DNA of 33,010 bases from an uncultured Bacilli bacterium. Lineage in GTDB: Bacteria; Bacillota_I; Bacilli_A; RF39; UBA660. Shown piece by piece: positions 26,389 to 33,010 of this stretch. Numbering within the stretch: position 1 is the first letter of the stretch; every line of letters begins with the position of its first letter. Made by a program: the position numbers and the translations under genes. The DNA lies in NCBI GenBank assembly GCA_934101235.1, contig CAKORH010000001.1, positions 1-33,010 of the forward strand. Reading direction: 5' to 3'. The notes beneath the pieces are model-generated. The model did not search any database and had not been told where the DNA came from. It was given only the letters and a program-made list of their open reading frames with translations.

Positions 26389-27294
26389 TTAAGATATTGA
26401 AATATCTAAATTTAAATCAGTATTATTTAACTCTAAATTCATATTTATTGTCTTAATAGTATCATCTACATTAATAGTATTATCAACTATAGAATTTGTT
26501 TGAGTCCTATTAATTAAAAACTCATTTGATCCTTTAGTAGTAATTGTATCATTATTTTTATTTTTTAATCTTATTTCATATTTATTTGGGTCTATACCTA
26601 CAAATTTATATGAATTATTTTTTATATTACTTGTTTTTATTTCGTTAGTTACTGTATTTACTAATTCTACATAATCATTATCACTACTACCAGTTATAGT
26701 ACCTATTAAATCATATACATTAGTACTATCATATATTTGTATTTTTGTTTCTAGTTTTTTATTCATATCTATACTTTGATTAGTATCTAATATATTATCG
26801 TATGTAACAGTCAAAGTATAATTATGTCTTAAACCTGGAGCAATACTATTGGTTATAATTAGTGAATTAGTTAATGGAAAAACTTTATTATCAAAACCAT
26901 TACAATCTCTTATTGTTTCATCAGTTTCATCATTTACTTCAACACAAACTAACTTCACTTTTATGTCATCTGGTCTATCAAATTCATTTATTACATTTTC
27001 TAAATATACACCATATGCATCAATTATTTCATCACCTTTATTTGTTACGGTAAATGTTTTTGAATCAATCAAATCTCCAGGAACTATTAATTTATCTGGC
27101 TTAATAGTACCATTACCATCTCCATATATTAATTTTAAGTCTGCTGTTTTAATTTTTATTGATTTATCATTGGTATTACCTTTTATTCTTGTTAGAAAAT
27201 ATGCATAAGTAATCCCAAGTAATGTTAATACTAGTAATATTATAGCAATTACACTTACTATTATTCTTGTTTTTCTGTCCATAGTTCCAGTCAT
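26389..27294 (-). CDS. secreted TasA/camelysin-like protein with SipW-type signal peptide and C-terminal Ig-like domain
   Basis: N-terminal TM segment followed by TYAYF (like the (T/S)xAYF(S/T) SipW-type junction). Next come IKTADLKL and VPGD....TFTV.N.G, typical of the TasA/M73 beta-sandwich. The C-terminus has YKFVGIDPNKYEIRL, a CarboxypepD_reg-like strand pair. Confidence 0.5.
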   Translation of the reverse strand: MTGTMDRKTRIIVSVIAIILLVLTLLGITYAYFLTRIKGNTNDKSIKIKTADLKLIYGDGNGTIKPDKLIVPGDLIDSKTFTVTNKGDEIIDAYGVYLENVINEFDRPDDIKVKLVCVEVNDETDETIRDCNGFDNKVFPLTNSLIITNSIAPGLRHNYTLTVTYDNILDTNQSIDMNKKLETKIQIYDSTNVYDLIGTITGSSDNDYVELVNTVTNEIKTSNIKNNSYKFVGIDPNKYEIRLKNKNNDTITTKGSNEFLINRTQTNSIVDNTINVDDTIKTINMNLELNNTDLNLDISIS

Positions 27295-27314
27295 ATAATC
27301 ACCTATTCTATAAA

Positions 27315-27343
27315 AAGTATATAGTAAAATATGCTTTTTTTCA
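27315..27343 (-). promoter_or_regulatory. promoter of the TasA-like gene
   Basis: Minus strand: TTGAAA-17 nt-TATACT (-35 at 27343..27338, -10 at 27320..27315), then AGGTGA and the ATG. Confidence 0.4.
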
Positions 27344-27384
27344 ATAAATTTTATTATATTTGTGTAAAGAAAAAATGCTTTTTA

Positions 27385-29358
27385 TTAAGCATCTTTTTTA
27401 AATTGTGAATTGTATAAATCTGCATAAAAACCATTTAATTTCATTAATGATTTATGGGTACCTTGTTCTATAATGTTTCCTTCATTCATTACTAAAATTA
27501 TATCTGCGTTTTTTATTGTAGATAATCTATGTGCAATTATAAATGAAGTTTTTCCTTCAGTTAATTTATCCATTGCTTTTTGAACTAATTCTTCAGTTCT
27601 TGTATCAACATTACTTGTTGCTTCATCAAGTATCAAGAATGGTGCATTTTCTATCATACCTCTTGCAATAGTTAAAAGTTGTTTTTGTCCACTACTTATA
27701 GAGTCATTATTACCAACACTTGCATCAATTCCATTAGGTAAAGTTTTTATAAAATGGTCTATTCCAACATATTTGCAAACATCCATAATTTCTTCATCTG
27801 TAATATTAGTTTTATTGAATTTTAAGTTTTCTTTTACTGTGCCATCAAATAACCATGTATCTTGCAAAACCATTACAAATAGATCATGAATATTTTCTCT
27901 AGTTAAATCATGGATTGATACACCATCTATTAATATATCTCCACTATTTATTTCATAAAATTTCATAAGTAAATTAACAAGTGTAGTTTTTCCAGCTCCT
28001 GTTGGACCAACTATCGCAACTTTTTCACCAGGTTTTACTTTAACACTAAAATCTTTTATTATTGTTCTACTTTCATCATAGCCAAATTTTACATTTTTAA
28101 ATTCTATTGCACCTTTAACTTTAGTTTTATCTAATTTTCCTTTTAATTTACTTTCGTCTGTCATTTCATTTTCTTCTAAAAATTCAAATACTCTTTCACT
28201 TGCTGCTACAGTTGATTGTAAACTAGTCATTGCTTGTGCTATTTGTGATAATGGATTAGTGAATAATCTTACGTAAATCATGAACGCAACTATTACACCA
28301 AATGTTATATGATTATTAGATACTAAAAGTGCTCCTACTATACATACAGCTACATAACCTAAGTTACCAACAAAACTCATTATAGGTGGCATAAGTCCAG
28401 AATAAAATGAACTTTTTCTATTATACTCATATAAATTTTTATTTAATTTTCCAAAATCTTTATCTGCATCTTTTTCTCCATTATATGCTTTTACTACATT
28501 GTGCCCTTTATATATTTCTTCAATATATCCATTTAAGTTACCTAATTCTGTTTGTCTCTTTGTAAAGTATACTTGGCTCTTTTTTAATATTAGGGCCATA
28601 ATTAAGAAACCTAATAAACTTGATAATATTGCAGTAATAGCCATTACCCAGTTTGTAATAAACATCATGATAATTGAACCAATAAATAGTGTTAAACTAC
28701 TAACTAATGTAGCAAAACTATTATTCATATTTTGAGCAATTGTGTCTACATCATTTGTTACTCTTGATAATATATCTCCTGTCTCATGAGTATCAAAATA
28801 TTTTAATGGTAATTTATTTATCTTTTTAGATATGTTTGTTCTTAATTTTTTAGCAAAATTATTTGATATATTTGTCATTAATAAAGATTCTATATAATTA
28901 AATAATGCACTTATTAAATATATTATTGTTAAAAATAATGCAATACTTTTAACTTTTGTCATATTAATAACTGGTTTTATTTTGTTGTATATTGATTTTG
29001 GTAATGAATCCATTTCTTTTAATAATTTTTTTGTATCAATATCTTTATTATCTTTTACACTTTCAATGATAGATGAAAATTGTTGTTTATCTTCTTTACT
29101 TATTGTTTCATCATTAAATATTTCCATTACTTTTTTTTCATTTATTTTTGGTGTAATACCAGCAGTTATAGTATCTGTTAAATCTGATAATTTATTAGGA
29201 GATATTAGAGCTAAGATTGCACTAGTCATTGCTAATATTAATGATATTATTAACATATATTTCCATGGATTTAAATGTTTAAGTAATTTTTTCATTGAAC
29301 CAGAGAAATCTTTTGAGGTTTCTGGTACTCCTTTATTTGGTCCCATATGTCTAGGCAT
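27385..29358 (-). CDS. ABC exporter half-transporter (permease + ATPase), multidrug type, subunit 2
   Basis: 657 aa with a six-TM ABC_membrane domain. Walker A GPTGAGKTT, signature SSGQKQLL, Walker B FLILDEATS, H-loop IAHRL. It overlaps the upstream paralogue by 8 nt (YheI/YheH- or LmrCD-like pair). Confidence 0.9.
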   Translation of the reverse strand: MPRHMGPNKGVPETSKDFSGSMKKLLKHLNPWKYMLIISLILAMTSAILALISPNKLSDLTDTITAGITPKINEKKVMEIFNDETISKEDKQQFSSIIESVKDNKDIDTKKLLKEMDSLPKSIYNKIKPVINMTKVKSIALFLTIIYLISALFNYIESLLMTNISNNFAKKLRTNISKKINKLPLKYFDTHETGDILSRVTNDVDTIAQNMNNSFATLVSSLTLFIGSIIMMFITNWVMAITAILSSLLGFLIMALILKKSQVYFTKRQTELGNLNGYIEEIYKGHNVVKAYNGEKDADKDFGKLNKNLYEYNRKSSFYSGLMPPIMSFVGNLGYVAVCIVGALLVSNNHITFGVIVAFMIYVRLFTNPLSQIAQAMTSLQSTVAASERVFEFLEENEMTDESKLKGKLDKTKVKGAIEFKNVKFGYDESRTIIKDFSVKVKPGEKVAIVGPTGAGKTTLVNLLMKFYEINSGDILIDGVSIHDLTRENIHDLFVMVLQDTWLFDGTVKENLKFNKTNITDEEIMDVCKYVGIDHFIKTLPNGIDASVGNNDSISSGQKQLLTIARGMIENAPFLILDEATSNVDTRTEELVQKAMDKLTEGKTSFIIAHRLSTIKNADIILVMNEGNIIEQGTHKSLMKLNGFYADLYNSQFKKDA

Positions 29359-31114
29359 TATCTAACTCCTCCTTTCCTAATTGAGATAGAGCAATTTCTT
29401 TATATACTTTACATTTTTTTAGTAATTCTTTATGTGTTCCAATTCCTACGCATTTTCCTTTTTCTAAAACTACTATTTTATCTGCATTAATAATTGTTCC
29501 TATTCTTTGCGCTACTATCATGTTTGTTGCGTCACTTGTATATTTTTTTAATTCTTGTCTTAATAAGAAGTCTGTCTTATAATCAAGTGCTGAAAATGAA
29601 TCATCAAATATATATATTTCTGGCTTTCTTGCTATTGCTCTTGCTATTGCTAATCTTTGTTTTTGTCCACCTGAAATATTTGTTCCACCTGATGCAATAT
29701 GAGAATCATATTTTTTATCCATTTTTTCAACAAAATCAGTTCCTTGAGCAACATTAATAGATTTTTTTATTTCTTCTAATGAAGGCGTTTTTTTACCATT
29801 GTTTCCGTATGTTACATTTGATTTTACTGTACCTGTAAACATTACAGCTTTTTGAGGTATATAACCTATTTTATTATGTAATGTTTCTAATTTATAATCT
29901 TTAACATTTACTCCATCAACTAATATTTCACCTTCTGTTGCATCATAGAATCTAGGTACTAAATTTATTAAAGTACTTTTACCACTTCCTGTAGAACCTA
30001 TAAATGCTATAGTTTCGCCTTTGTTAACTTTAAATGATATATTTTCTAGTAAGTATTCATCAGCATCAGGATATTTAAATGATACATTTTTAAATTCGAC
30101 AGTACCAACTAAATCATTATTAACTTTTTCTAAGTTTCCATCTTTAATTGAGATGTCACTTTCTAAAACTTCGTTTATTCTTTTTGCTGACACACTTGCT
30201 CTAGGCCATATCATAAATATCATTGCAAGCATTAAGAATGATGCAATAACTTGCATTCCGTAACTAGAAAATACTACCATATTACTAAATAAATTTATTT
30301 TATCTAACATACCAGATTTATTTATTAATATTGCTCCAATAAAATATATACCTAATGTTAGAAAATGCATTACTAAATTCATAATTGGATTAAGTATTGC
30401 AAAGCATCTTTGATTAAATAATTGATTTTTTGTTAAATCATTATTAACTTTATCAAATCTATTTTCTTCAAATTTTTCTGCATTAAATGCACGTACAACT
30501 CTTATACCACTTAAATTTTCTTCGGTTACTCCATTAACTTTATCTATTAATTTTTGTACAATTTCAAACCTTGGAAATACAATTACTAAAAGTATTCCTA
30601 TAGTAATTAATAAAATTAATACACATACACCAGTTAAAATACTCCATTCAAGAGATTTATTAACTATTTTAGTAATAGCCCATACTGCCATTATTGGTGC
30701 TTTAATTAACATTTGTAATCCTACCGCAATTAACATTTCCAATTGAGTAATATCATTCGTTGTTCTAGTAATTAAACTACTAACTTTAAATTTTTTTATT
30801 TCTGCAGTACTTAAGTTTAATACTTTTTTAAATACTTTTTCTCTTAAATTATAAGAGAAATTTGCAGATAATAAACTTGCCAAATAACCTACTACTACGG
30901 CAGATAATAAACTACCAAATGCACATAATAGCATATATCCACCTTTACTTAATATTTCTAATATTTTAGTATCTTCACTTTGTATAAGAGCAGTAATAGA
31001 ACTCATATAATCTGGTAATTTTAAATCTAGGTATACTTGTAATGTAATCATTAAAATACTAATTAATATTAACATTAAGTCTTTTTTTGTGAAATTTTTA
31101 AATATTTTTATCAT
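29351..31114 (-). CDS. ABC exporter half-transporter (permease + ATPase), multidrug type, subunit 1
   Basis: 587 aa. Walker A GSTGSGKST, signature SGGQKQRLAIARA, Walker B IYIFDDSFSALD (D replaces the catalytic E, typical of the degenerate site in heterodimeric exporters). Confidence 0.9.
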   Translation of the reverse strand: MIKIFKNFTKKDLMLILISILMITLQVYLDLKLPDYMSSITALIQSEDTKILEILSKGGYMLLCAFGSLLSAVVVGYLASLLSANFSYNLREKVFKKVLNLSTAEIKKFKVSSLITRTTNDITQLEMLIAVGLQMLIKAPIMAVWAITKIVNKSLEWSILTGVCVLILLITIGILLVIVFPRFEIVQKLIDKVNGVTEENLSGIRVVRAFNAEKFEENRFDKVNNDLTKNQLFNQRCFAILNPIMNLVMHFLTLGIYFIGAILINKSGMLDKINLFSNMVVFSSYGMQVIASFLMLAMIFMIWPRASVSAKRINEVLESDISIKDGNLEKVNNDLVGTVEFKNVSFKYPDADEYLLENISFKVNKGETIAFIGSTGSGKSTLINLVPRFYDATEGEILVDGVNVKDYKLETLHNKIGYIPQKAVMFTGTVKSNVTYGNNGKKTPSLEEIKKSINVAQGTDFVEKMDKKYDSHIASGGTNISGGQKQRLAIARAIARKPEIYIFDDSFSALDYKTDFLLRQELKKYTSDATNMIVAQRIGTIINADKIVVLEKGKCVGIGTHKELLKKCKVYKEIALSQLGKEELDNA

Positions 31115-31556
31115 AATCTTTTCCTTTCAATTCAATTATATTATCTTTTACTTTATAAAAAACATTAATAAGAGTATCAATACTTTCTTTACTTATATTT
31201 TTTCTTAATGTGTTTAAGTAACTAGTTTCTACTTTATTAAGTTCTTTAACTATATCTTTAGCACTATCATTAACTATAACTTTTTGTTTTCTTTTATCAT
31301 TTTCATCTACACATACAGTAATTAATTTTTTATCTACTAATTGGTTTATAGCTTTAGATACATAGGCTTTAGATACATTTGAAAGACAAACAACATCTTT
31401 TGCGTTAATCACGTTTGGATTATTAGAAAATATTAATAACATATCAGCTTCTCTAAATGATAAATTATATTTTTTACTCACACTTAATATTTTCATATTA
31501 TGTTCTTCTATAATAAGTCTAGATATTTTTAATACTTCTAAAATATTATCATTCAT
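31098..31556 (-). CDS. MarR-family transcriptional regulator
   Basis: 152 aa with a winged-HTH layout (...S...VS.LI.QLV.K.LI.......D.R...V.....A). It overlaps the first ABC gene by 17 nt. AGGAGGCA RBS. Confidence 0.8.
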   Translation of the reverse strand: MNDNILEVLKISRLIIEEHNMKILSVSKKYNLSFREADMLLIFSNNPNVINAKDVVCLSNVSKAYVSKAINQLVDKKLITVCVDENDKRKQKVIVNDSAKDIVKELNKVETSYLNTLRKNISKESIDTLINVFYKVKDNIIELKGKDYDKNI

Positions 31557-31570
31557 ATTATGCCTCCTAA

Positions 31571-31588
31571 TAGTTCACACGTGAACTA
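31571..31588. promoter_or_regulatory. palindromic operator candidate (MarR box)
   Basis: TAGTTCAC-ac-GTGAACTA, with perfect 8-bp arms. It sits between the consensus promoter and the marR RBS. Confidence 0.55.
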
Positions 31589-31602
31589 ATGTTGTAAACA
31601 TA

Positions 31603-31631
31603 ATTATACGCATCTAATTTTTAATTGTCAA
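31603..31631 (-). promoter_or_regulatory. consensus sigmaA promoter of the marR-ABC operon
   Basis: The minus strand reads TTGACA-17 nt-TATAAT exactly (-35 at 31631..31626, -10 at 31608..31603). Confidence 0.7.
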
Positions 31632-31687
31632 TGATATTTTTGTATAAATAAAAATATATTACATAAAATATTTTGAAAGGACTTTTT

Positions 31688-32134
31688 ATGAAAGAAAAGA
31701 TAATTAATTTTATATATATTTTTTTACCATTAATATTGGGAAGTGTTATTGGATTATTAATACATGATTATAGTTACTATGATACTTTAAGTAAGCCTAT
31801 ACTTGCACCAAGCAAAATAGTATTCCCTATTGTATGGTCTATTATTTATATTTTAATGGGATTATCATATTATTTATATAGAAAAAAAGAAAGTAATATT
31901 AATATACTTTACTATTTTCAATTAGTAGTTAATTTATTATGGACTATAATATTTTTCTTATTAAAATCAAATATTTTGGCATTATTATGGATTATATTAC
32001 TAGATGTATTAATTATATTAAACATTATAAATTATTATAAATATAATAAAATATCTGCCTATTTATTTATTCCATATCTTTTATGGAGTTTGTTTGCTTC
32101 ATATTTAACTATAAGTATATATATTTTAAATTAA
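31688..32134 (+). CDS. tspO: TspO/MBR family tryptophan-rich sensory protein
   Basis: Five-TM, roughly 150-aa protein with L.KP...P....FP.VW..IY.LMG.. and ...L.LN..W...FF pattern. The ATG at 31688 lies 6 nt after AAGGA. The track start at 31673 is a TTG. Confidence 0.8.
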   Translation: MKEKIINFIYIFLPLILGSVIGLLIHDYSYYDTLSKPILAPSKIVFPIVWSIIYILMGLSYYLYRKKESNINILYYFQLVVNLLWTIIFFLLKSNILALLWIILLDVLIILNIINYYKYNKISAYLFIPYLLWSLFASYLTISIYILN

Positions 32135-32135
32135 A

Positions 32136-32186
32136 ATTCACTAATATATGTGAACATTATAGAACACTATTAGTGAATTTTTTTAT
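32136..32186. terminator. bidirectional terminator between tspO and the convergent membrane-protein gene
   Basis: 11-bp arms ATTCACTAATA/TATTAGTGAAT (32136..32146 and 32168..32178). TTTTTTTATTTTT follows on the plus strand, and T-rich sequence follows on the minus strand. Confidence 0.5.
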
Positions 32187-33006
32187 TTTTAAAATTATAA
32201 ATATTTAAAGATGCAATAATCATTATTGGAACTAAAGTAGGTATAAAATATCTTGGAGATACTTCTACTAATAAATGAGATAATATTAGCCCTATTTCTA
32301 ATATCATTATGAATAATATATCATCTATATTCTTATCTTTTCTTAAAATAATACAAATATTTGATAATATTAGAATAAACCAGAAAATATATAATATAAT
32401 TCTAATTATTTTTTTAGTTGTATATGTACCAATTGTATTTTCATAAGTATAATACGATAAATTAGATGTTAGTGTTGAATATTTTTTAGCATATAATTTT
32501 GTTATATTTAAAATATTATAACTTTTATAGTTTTCTATTGCTTTATCTTTAAAATAATTATGTATATCTGGTGGATTAAAATTATCGCTAGCCATTAATA
32601 CATTATATTCATCTGATGGAAACCATGCACCGTTACTTTCTAAGTTTGAACCAAGATATAAAGTCCAACCACTACTACCACCTATATTATATTTTGTTTT
32701 GTTACTTACTAATTTTGTATATGAATTATTAATACCTATAAAACATAATAGTATTAAAATAAAACTAATTAATTTATTTTTGTAATTAGATTTAAGAAAA
32801 ATAATTAAATAGAAATAGTATAAGAATACTGCTATTACAAATATAATAAATATTGGTCTAAATGAATTACTTATACCTAAATTTATTCCTAATAATAAAC
32901 TTAGTAAAATAGTATTTATAGTTTTATCTTGTTTTATTAAACATGCAAATATATATAATGAAATAATAAAACATAAGTTGACTACAATAACCGGCAATGC
33001 TTTCAT
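32170..33006 (-). CDS. polytopic membrane protein, GT-C (ArnT/PMT-like) glycosyltransferase C-terminal region; possibly 5'-truncated by the window edge
   Basis: Multiple TM segments, a soluble loop with GGSSGWTLYLGSN...GAWF, and a C-terminal VEVSPRYFIP resembling the E..pRY motif of GT-C enzymes. The frame stays open to the window end. Confidence 0.4.
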   Translation of the reverse strand: MKALPVIVVNLCFIISLYIFACLIKQDKTINTILLSLLLGINLGISNSFRPIFIIFVIAVFLYYFYLIIFLKSNYKNKLISFILILLCFIGINNSYTKLVSNKTKYNIGGSSGWTLYLGSNLESNGAWFPSDEYNVLMASDNFNPPDIHNYFKDKAIENYKSYNILNITKLYAKKYSTLTSNLSYYTYENTIGTYTTKKIIRIILYIFWFILILSNICIILRKDKNIDDILFIMILEIGLILSHLLVEVSPRYFIPTLVPIMIIASLNIYNFKNKKIH

Positions 33007-33010
33007 ACAC

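Noticed and set aside
26849-27208. 119-aa plus-strand ORF
   Set aside because: It is antisense to the TasA-like gene, which has a coherent signal peptide, promoter and RBS. The plus-strand ORF has none of these.
28499-30263. Four plus-strand ORFs (28499..28735, 28982..29365, 29494..29757, 30021..30263)
   Set aside because: All are antisense to the two ABC exporter genes, whose Walker, signature and TMD architecture is intact on the minus strand.
31621-31672. Plus-strand TTGTCA as the -35 box of a tspO promoter
   Set aside because: It is simply the reverse complement of the marR TTGACA box. The spacing to any plus-strand -10-like hexamer is wrong (12 nt to TATAAA), so the tspO promoter remains undefined.
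1-33010. Possibility of a Mollicutes-type genetic code (UGA = Trp), given the extreme AT content
   Set aside because: The only tRNA-Trp has anticodon CCA, and long conserved genes are full length under the standard code. Reading TGA as Trp at 23287..23289 would destroy the well-formed ATGA-coupled second GG-leader peptide. I therefore retained code 11.
1-33010. CRISPR arrays, rRNA genes, intact IS elements or transposases
   Set aside because: I saw no regularly spaced direct repeats, no 16S/23S/5S signature stretches, and no intact recombinase or transposase ORF. Only the decayed serine recombinase at 17731..18230 is present.

Overview
This is about 33 kb of a very AT-rich Bacillota-type chromosome. 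My spot counts of G+C ran from about 10% to 35% per 60-120 nt. The standard genetic code applies: the only tRNA is tRNA-Trp(CCA), and conserved genes read through at full length. Nearly all genes are on the minus strand. The backbone is housekeeping DNA with Bacillus-like synteny: ireB-ruvX-DUF1292-mltG-trmR-U32 pair-greA, tsaB-rimI-tsaD, phosphoketolase, nusB-xseA-xseB, cca-dnaD-nth and murB. Two sporulation markers are also present (a cwlJ-like and a cse60-like gene).

Several accessory modules are inserted into this backbone:
- **Amidoligase cassette (8586..10480).** A self-contained two-gene unit, a lysine-rich two-TM protein plus a glutamine-synthetase-fold amidoligase, sits immediately 3' of tRNA-Trp. 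This is my best candidate for an undescribed system.
- **Bacteriocin locus (23111..25415).** A C39-peptidase ABC exporter is translationally coupled to two double-glycine-leader peptides that are absent from the ORF track. I read it as a class IIb-like two-peptide bacteriocin with no visible immunity gene.
- **Decayed mobile element (about 16.3-18.75 kb).** It holds serine-recombinase fragments and other gene fragments, and the only intact gene is a dinD homologue.
- **TasA/camelysin-like secreted protein (26389..27294).**
- **MarR-controlled heterodimeric ABC exporter operon (27385..31631).** It has a consensus promoter and a palindromic operator.

A 55-nt promoter-like element occurs twice, at 123..177 and 18679..18733. 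I saw no CRISPR array, rRNA gene or intact transposase.
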